A stretch of 64,000 bases of DNA, taken from Sandaracinaceae bacterium (lineage in GTDB: Bacteria > Myxococcota_A > Polyangia > Polyangiales > Sandaracinaceae). Of the stretch, positions 57,940 to 64,000 are shown piece after piece. Position numbers and translations under genes: made by a program. The DNA is taken from assembly GCA_044220955.1 (NCBI GenBank), contig JBGAQA010000013.1:45306-109305 (forward strand), read 5' to 3'. The notes under the pieces are model-generated. The model was not told the DNA's origin, ran no database searches, and was given only the letters and a program-made list of their open reading frames with translations. Each line of letters starts with the position of its first letter. Within the stretch, counting starts at the first letter, position 1.

Positions 57940-59869
57940 ATGGCGGCGGCCGCGAAGGACGAGCACAACCCTCAGGGCAGCCTGGCCGCGCTCACGATCG
58001 GCGCGATGGGGGTCGTCTACGGCGACATCGGCACCTCGCCCCTCTACGCGGTCAACGAGATCTTCTTCGGTCACGCCGCCATCGAACGTACCGACGATCA
58101 CGTCATCGGCTGCATCTCGCTCATCTGCTGGACGCTCACCCTCGTCGTCCTCTTGAAGTACCTCCTCTTCGTCCTGCGGGCCGACAACGACGGCGAGGGG
58201 GGTACGTTCGCGCTCTATGGCCTCCTCCACCGCCACAAGCGTCAGGGGTTGGGCTTCCTGCTCTGGCTGCTCATGCTCGCGGCGGGCCTGCTCTTCGGCG
58301 AGGGGATCATCACGCCGGCGATCAGCGTGCTCTCCGCGGTCGAGGGCCTGCGGATCGTCACGCCCCGCTTCGACGAGGTCGTCGTTCCGCTCACGGTCGT
58401 CATCCTCACCGCGCTCTTCGCGATCCAGCGTCGGGGCACGGCGCAGGTCGGCAAGATCTTCGGCCCGATCATCCTCTGTTGGTTCCTCTCCATCGGCGCG
58501 CTCGGTGCCCGGCAGGTGCTCGCGCACCCCGAGATCCTCGCCGCGCTGGACCCGCTGCGGGGCCTCGCCACGCTGCGCACTCTCGGCGCGTACGGGTCGC
58601 TTCAGCTCCTCGGCGGCGTCGTGCTCGCGATCACGGGCGGGGAGGCGCTCTATGCCGACATGGGTCACTTCGGAAAGCGTCCGATTCGACTGAGCTGGCT
58701 GCTGCTGGTCTACCCCGCACTGCTCGCGAGCTACCTGGGCCAGGGCGCCTACCTCCTCGGAGGCGGTGTGGTCACCCAGAGCGTCTTCTACAGCCTCGTC
58801 CCGCAGGCGCTCCTCGTGCCGATGGTCGTGCTCGCCACCTTCGCGACGGTCATCGCGTCGCAGGCGCTCATCTCGGGTGCGTTCTCGCTGGGCCACACAG
58901 GCCACCTCCCTCGGGCTCTTCCCACGCTTGCAGGTGATCCACACCCATCAGGCGCACGCGGGCCAGATCTACGTGCCCTTCATCAACTGGGCCCTCTACG
59001 TCGGATGCATCACGCTCGTCGTGAGGTTCGAGTCGAGCACCAACCTCGCCGCCGCCTACGGTCTCTCCGTGTCGGGCGTCATGCTCTCGACGTCGATCGC
59101 CATGACGGCGATCGCGCGGCTCTACTGGAAGTGGAGCTGGCCGACGATCCTGCTCTTGTTCGTGCCGCTGGCGATCGTCGACGCCTCGTTCCTCGCGGCG
59201 AACTCGCTCAAGTTCCTGGAGGGTGGCTACATCCCGCTCTCGCTCGGCGTGATCCTCTTCGTGGTGATGACGACCTGGCGCTGGGGACGCAAGGCCACGT
59301 ACGCGGCGTACTCGGGCAAGCGGACGATGACGATGAAGGAGCTCGTCGAGCTCAAGGGGCACTCGGCGATCTTCGATCGCAACGCGATCTTGATGGTCCC
59401 CAAGCCCCTCAAGAGCGAGCACGACAACGCGCCCGCGCTCCTGCAGCTGCTCTGGGAGCGCTGGGGCATCCTGCCGAAGAACCTGATCTTCGTGGAGGCC
59501 GTGCACCGCAAGGTTCCGTACGTGCACGACGCCCGATATCACGTGACGGTCTTCGACCGCTCGCCGGACCGCGGCTGCATCATCAGTGTGACGATGGCGT
59601 TCGGGTTCATGGAGGATCCGAACGTGGAGAAGATCCTCGAGAGCCTGGCCAGTCATCAGGAGATCGATCTGCCCTCCGATCCGCACAAGTGGGTCGTCCA
59701 CGCCTCGCAGGAGAACATCCTGCTCGCCAGTGGCGCGGGGCTGCTCGCTCGCCTGCGGCTGCGTCTGTTCGCGCTGCTGCGGCAGATCTCGACGCCCTCC
59801 TACTACTACTACGGGCTCGGCGATGCCGTGCAGCTCTCCACCGAGATCATGCCGGTGCGACTGAAGTGA
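57940..59869 (+). pseudogene. kup: KUP/HAK/KT potassium transporter, split by a +1 frameshift near 58890 (possibly an assembly error)
   Basis: GVVYGDIGTSPLY, ADNDGEGGTFAL, TGGEALYADMGHFG, IASQALISGAFS | QATSLGLFPRL..IHT..GQIYVP.INW; removing one G from GGG at 58890-58892 joins the frames. Confidence 0.92.
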
Positions 59870-59897
59870 CGCGCGTCCGCTGCGGCGAGACGCCCGA

Positions 59898-60368
59898 TCA
59901 GCGTCGTACGAAGTCTCCGGAGCGCCCGCCGCGCTTCTCGAGCAGGCGCACGGGGCCGATCTCCATGCTGCGATCGATCGCCTTCAGCATGTCGTAGAGC
60001 GTGAGCGCCGCGACGCTCGCCGCGGTGAGGGCCTCCATCTCGATCCCGGTGCGCGCGTGCGTGCGCGCGCGCGCGACGATCCGCACCGAGGCGCGCTCGA
60101 GCGTGACGTCGATCGTCACGGCGTCGATCGGGATCGCGTGGCAGAGCGGGATCAGCTCGGCGCAGCGCTTGGCCGCTCCGATCCCCGCGAGGCGGACGGC
60201 CGCGAGCACGTCGCCCTTCGGCGTGCGGCCGCTCTTCAGCGTGCGCAGCGTCGCGGGCCTCATGCGCACGACGGCCTCCGCCACGGCCTCGCGCGCGGTC
60301 ACGTCCTTCTCTCCGACGTCGACCATGCGAGCCGCGCCGCGCGCGTCGACGTGGGTGAGCTTCGACAT
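59898..60368 (-). CDS. moaC: Cyclic pyranopterin monophosphate synthase
   Basis: LTHVD..G.ARMVDV.EK, KGDVL, LIPLCH, TGIEMEALT, YDMLKA.D, EKRGGRSG. Confidence 0.96.
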   Translation of the reverse strand: MSKLTHVDARGAARMVDVGEKDVTAREAVAEAVVRMRPATLRTLKSGRTPKGDVLAAVRLAGIGAAKRCAELIPLCHAIPIDAVTIDVTLERASVRIVARARTHARTGIEMEALTAASVAALTLYDMLKAIDRSMEIGPVRLLEKRGGRSGDFVRR

Positions 60369-60435
60369 GCCGGCAAGCGTGCCCGAAAGCGGCGCGGTCG
60401 TGAACTCGTGTCCGGATCGTCTATCCTCCCGCGCC

Positions 60436-63264
60436 TTGTCCGACCCTCGCTTCATCGTCGGGATCGACCTCGGGACGACGCACACCGTCGTGGCCTACGT
60501 GCGCGCGGACGACGCCAGCCGGACGCCGAAGATCTTCGAGGTCGATCAGCTCGTCGCGCCGGGCGAGATCGCCGCGCGGCCGCTCCTGCACTCGCTCCGC
60601 TACCATCCGGCCGACGCGGAGCTGACCGAAGCGGCGCGGCGGCTGCCCTGGGAGCTGCCGGACATCCCCGAGGGCACGACGCCCTACGTCGTCGGCGAGC
60701 TCGCGCGCGAGCTCGGGGCGAAGGTGCCGGGGCGGCTGGTCGTGAGCGCCAAGAGCTGGCTCTCGCACGCGGGCGTCGATCGCACCGCGGCGATCCTGCC
60801 CTGGGGCGCCGAGGAGGGCGTCCCCAAGATCTCGCCCGTCGACGCGAGCGCGAGCTACCTCGCGCACGTGCGCGCCGCGTGGGATCGGGCGCACGCGGGC
60901 GCGCCGCTCGAGGCGCAGGAGGTCGTGCTCACGATCCCCGCGTCCTTCGACGAGGGGGCGCGCGCGCTCACCGTCGAGGCGGCGCAGCGCGCGGGCCTCA
61001 CCGTGCGCCTGCTCGAGGAGCCGCAGGCGGCGTTCTACGACTGGCTGGGGCGCCAGGAGGACGTCGCCGCGAGCGCAGGCGGGACCAAGCTCGCGATCGT
61101 GGTCGACGTCGGCGGCGGCACCACCGACCTCACGCTCGTCCGCGTCGAGCTGCGCGAGAGCGGGCCGCGCCTCACGCGCATCGCGGTCGGCGACCACCTG
61201 ATGCTCGGCGGCGACAACATGGACCTCGCGCTCGCCAAGCGGGCCGAGCAGGCCCTGAGCCAGAAGCTGCCGCCGGCGCGCTTCTCGCAGCTGCTCGTGC
61301 AGTGCCGGCGCGCGAAGGAGACGCTGCTCGGCGAGCAGCCGCCCGAGCGCGCGAAGGTCACGGTGCTCGGCTCGGGCAGCAAGCTCGTGGGCGGCTCGCT
61401 CTCGACCGAGCTGATGCGCGCCGACGTGCACGCGCAGATCGTGGACGGCTTCTTCCCCGAGGCCGGGATCGACGCGCGCCCGGCGCGGCGCGCGACCGCG
61501 ATCGTGGAGCTCGGCCTGCCCTACGTCGCCGACGCGGCGGTCACGCGCCACGTCGCGGCGTTCGTCTCGCGCCACCAGGACGTCGCGAAGGACGCGGTCG
61601 GCGATGGGCTCGTCGGCGGGCTCGCGCTCCCCGACGCCGTGCTGCTCAACGGCGGCGTGTTCCGCGGCGCGCCCATCGCGAAGCGCATGATCGACGTGCT
61701 CTCCGGCTGGCGCGGCGCGCCGGTGCGCGTGCTCGACAACGCCGAGCCAGAGCTCGCCGTCGCGCGCGGCGCCGCGCTCTACGGCCTCGCGCGCCGCGGC
61801 CTCGGGATGAAGATCGGCGGCGGCTCGGCGCGCTCGTACTTCCTGCTCCTCGACGGGCCCGAGGGCGGGGCGCGGCGCGGGCTCTGCGTCCTGCCGCGCG
61901 GCGCGGAGGAGGGCGAGGAGGTCGTCGTCCGCGAGCGCACGTTCTCGCTTCGCCTCGGGGCGCCGGTGCGCTTCTCGCTCGCGTCGAGCACCGGCGAGGC
62001 CGCGTACGTGCGCGCGGGCGAGATCGTCGACGTCGATCCCGAGCTCTTCCGCGAGCTGCCCCCGATCGCGGCGGTGCTCGACGACGTGGCAGAAGATGCG
62101 CCGCGCAGCTCGCTCGCGCCGCCGCGCGCCTCGCAGCCTCCGCGCGCGAGCCTCGTGGGCCGCGAGGAGCGCGTGCGCCTCGCCGCGGCGCTCACCGAGA
62201 TCGGCACGCTGCAGATGAGCTGCATCGCCGAGAGCGAGGAGAGCCGTCGCTGGAAGCTCGAGCTCGAGCTGCGCGGCCAGCACGACTCGGAGCTCGCGCA
62301 GAAGCGTGTCACGCAGCTCCACCCGCGCCACGCCGAGGCGCGCGCGCGCATCGAGGCCGTGTACGGCAAGAGCGAGGTCGAGGGCGGAAAGCTCGTCAAG
62401 ACGCTCCGCGCCGATCTCGAGAAGATCCTCGGCGCGCGCGAGAAGTGGCCCATGCCGCTTCTTCGCGAGCTCTTCGGCGCGCTGCTCGCCGGCGTGAAGC
62501 GACGCCGCCGCTCGGCCGACCACGAGCGGGTCTGGTTCAACCTCGCGGGCTACACGCTGCGCCCGGGCGTCGGCTATCCGCTCGACGACTTCCGCAGCAG
62601 GCAGCTCTTCGCCATCTTCGAGCAGGGCGTGCAGTTCGCGCCCGAGGCCCAGAACTGGAGCGAGTGGTGGACGCTCTGGCGCCGCGTCGCGGGCGGGCTC
62701 GACGACGCGCAGCAGGAGCAGGTGCTCGCCGCCATCGACTGGTACCTGCACCCGCCGACCCCGCGCCCGCGCCCGCGCCCGCCCGGCGCGAAGGCGCTCG
62801 GGTACGACGACATGGTGCGCCTGGCCGCCTCGCTCGAGCGCATCTCCGCGGCGAACAAGGAGCGCGTCGGCGGCTGGATCCTCGAGCGCCTGGTCAAGCA
62901 CGGCGAAGGGAGCTTCGGCTGGTGGGCGCTCGGCCGGATGGGCGCGCGCGTGCCGCTCTACGGCTCGGCGCACACGGTCGTCTCGCGCGCCCATGCGGAG
63001 GCGTGGCTGCGTGCGGTGCTCGCCCTCGATTGGCGCGTCGTCGAGCCGGGCCCCTTCGCGGCGGCGATGCTGGCGCGCCGCAGCGGTGATCGGACGCGCG
63101 ACATCGACACGGCCCTCGCCACCGAGACCGCGCGGCGCCTGCGGGCGCATGGCGCACCGGAGGCGTGGGCCCTGATGGTCGAGCAGGTCTCGGTCCTGGG
63201 CGAGGAGACCGTCGCGCGCCTGCTCGGCGAGTCGCTGCCGCCCGGGCTCTCGTTGCTGGAGTGA
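60436..63264 (+). CDS. Hsp70-family protein with C-terminal DUF3731-like domain
   Basis: VGIDLGTTHT, SAKSWL, TIPASFD, LEEPQAA, DVGGGTTD, LGGDNMD; C-terminal HERVW.NLAGY.LRPG.G.PLD, WWALGR.GAR.P.YGS.H; TATCCT 8 nt before TTG 60436. Confidence 0.88.
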   Translation: MSDPRFIVGIDLGTTHTVVAYVRADDASRTPKIFEVDQLVAPGEIAARPLLHSLRYHPADAELTEAARRLPWELPDIPEGTTPYVVGELARELGAKVPGRLVVSAKSWLSHAGVDRTAAILPWGAEEGVPKISPVDASASYLAHVRAAWDRAHAGAPLEAQEVVLTIPASFDEGARALTVEAAQRAGLTVRLLEEPQAAFYDWLGRQEDVAASAGGTKLAIVVDVGGGTTDLTLVRVELRESGPRLTRIAVGDHLMLGGDNMDLALAKRAEQALSQKLPPARFSQLLVQCRRAKETLLGEQPPERAKVTVLGSGSKLVGGSLSTELMRADVHAQIVDGFFPEAGIDARPARRATAIVELGLPYVADAAVTRHVAAFVSRHQDVAKDAVGDGLVGGLALPDAVLLNGGVFRGAPIAKRMIDVLSGWRGAPVRVLDNAEPELAVARGAALYGLARRGLGMKIGGGSARSYFLLLDGPEGGARRGLCVLPRGAEEGEEVVVRERTFSLRLGAPVRFSLASSTGEAAYVRAGEIVDVDPELFRELPPIAAVLDDVAEDAPRSSLAPPRASQPPRASLVGREERVRLAAALTEIGTLQMSCIAESEESRRWKLELELRGQHDSELAQKRVTQLHPRHAEARARIEAVYGKSEVEGGKLVKTLRADLEKILGAREKWPMPLLRELFGALLAGVKRRRRSADHERVWFNLAGYTLRPGVGYPLDDFRSRQLFAIFEQGVQFAPEAQNWSEWWTLWRRVAGGLDDAQQEQVLAAIDWYLHPPTPRPRPRPPGAKALGYDDMVRLAASLERISAANKERVGGWILERLVKHGEGSFGWWALGRMGARVPLYGSAHTVVSRAHAEAWLRAVLALDWRVVEPGPFAAAMLARRSGDRTRDIDTALATETARRLRAHGAPEAWALMVEQVSVLGEETVARLLGESLPPGLSLLE

Positions 63265-63359
63265 GCGAGGTCGAGGCCGACCTGCCGCCCTGGCCGGAGC
63301 GCGGATCGGCGGCCCGCACGACCGCCGCCGCGGGGCCCCTCCGAAATGCGGGATCGGGC

Positions 63360-63390
63360 TTGACCCATGGCGGGCGAATCTCGTTAGAAT
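63360..63390 (+). promoter_or_regulatory. Possible sigma70-type promoter (TTGACC-N19-TAGAAT)
   Basis: Near-consensus boxes in the intergenic gap upstream of the FHA gene; spacer is long. Confidence 0.35.
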
Positions 63391-63461
63391 CCGACGCGCG
63401 GAGAGGCGCTCACGCCGCTCCGTGTCGCGCGCGCGCGCAGAATCGCACCGAGGACCAGGGA

Positions 63462-64000
63462 ATGTTCGCAGTCGTCATCACCGAGAAGGGCGGCTCCCAG
63501 CGGAAGCTCGACTTCGACAAGACCGAAGTGACGATCGGGCGCGTCCAGGGCAACGACATCATCCTGCCCAAGGGAAACGTCAGCAAGCGGCACTCGCGGA
63601 TCGTCCTCAAGGACAACCGCTTCATCGTCGTCGACCTCAAGAGCACCAACGGCACGTACGTCAACGGCCGCAAGATCACCTCGCCCCTCGTCGTGAAGGC
63701 GGGCGACAAGATCTACATCGGTGACTTCATCATCACGCTCGAAGAGCCCGCGGGCGCCGGCGCCTCCGCCGGGCCGGCGCCCGGCATGGGCGCGCCTCCG
63801 CCGATGCCCGCCTCGCCGATGAGCCCTCCGGCCGGGGGCGGCTTCGGGGGTCCTCCGCAGCCCATGGGAGGTCCGCCCCCCTTGATGGGCGGTGGCATGG
63901 GGGGCCCGCCGCCGATGCCGTCGAGCGGCGGGATGGGCGGTCCGCCCGGGATGCCGGGGCCTGGCATGGGTGAGCCCCGCCCGCCCGCCCGCTCTGCTCC
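63462..64000 (+). CDS. FHA-domain protein with Pro/Gly-rich linker (runs off the window end)
   Basis: Manual translation: MFAVVITEKGG...VTIGRVQGNDIILPKGNVSKRHSRI...DLKSTNGTYVNG; not in the ORF track because there is no stop. Confidence 0.9.
   Translation, partial: MFAVVITEKGGSQRKLDFDKTEVTIGRVQGNDIILPKGNVSKRHSRIVLKDNRFIVVDLKSTNGTYVNGRKITSPLVVKAGDKIYIGDFIITLEEPAGAGASAGPAPGMGAPPPMPASPMSPPAGGGFGGPPQPMGGPPPLMGGGMGGPPPMPSSGGMGGPPGMPGPGMGEPRPPARSA

Noticed and set aside
58880..58900. Programmed frameshift or phase variation in kup
   Set aside because: The run is only three G, with no slippery heptamer; an error or simple mutation is more likely.
63740..64000. GC-rich Pro/Gly/Met repeats at the window end
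   Set aside because: Coding linker of the FHA protein.

Overview
High-GC, gene-dense 64 kb window. It is inferred to come from a myxobacterium (Myxococcota, probably Polyangia), based on MYXO-CTERM-like tails, an AgmX/PglI C-terminal domain, Cys-rich lipoproteins and a kinase-AAA-TPR protein. All calls come from motif reading only; no database searches were run. Most of the window is housekeeping or typical myxobacterial accessory genes: argG, thiolase, OPT transporter, FliI/YscN ATPase, Smr, rhodanese, S1P-lyase-like enzyme, CHAD-CYTH, a GMC oxidoreductase module, kup, moaC and Hsp70. The standout is an approximately 11 kb candidate RiPP locus (about 21.9-33.0 kb). It carries a 54-aa precursor with a lasso-type leader (YxxPxV...T-2), a lasso B2-type peptidase, two PqqD/RRE proteins, an HPr-kinase-like protein, a nucleotidyltransferase, a GT2, an alkaline-phosphatase-fold protein, an ABC exporter and two large lipoproteins. 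No lasso cyclase is visible, and a radical SAM/SPASM-twitch enzyme follows the precursor instead. Second, an approximately 6.2 kb degraded island (48.3-54.5 kb) is flanked by a 154-bp direct repeat of the 3' end of a K+ channel gene; it contains a frameshifted large secreted protease and IS remnants. Other oddities include an OPT transporter with an inserted OmpA-like domain, a degenerate glycogen synthase, a MenA/MenT-like pair and many apparently leaderless genes. Single-base frameshifts in short homopolymers may be assembly errors. No rRNA, tRNA or CRISPR array was seen.
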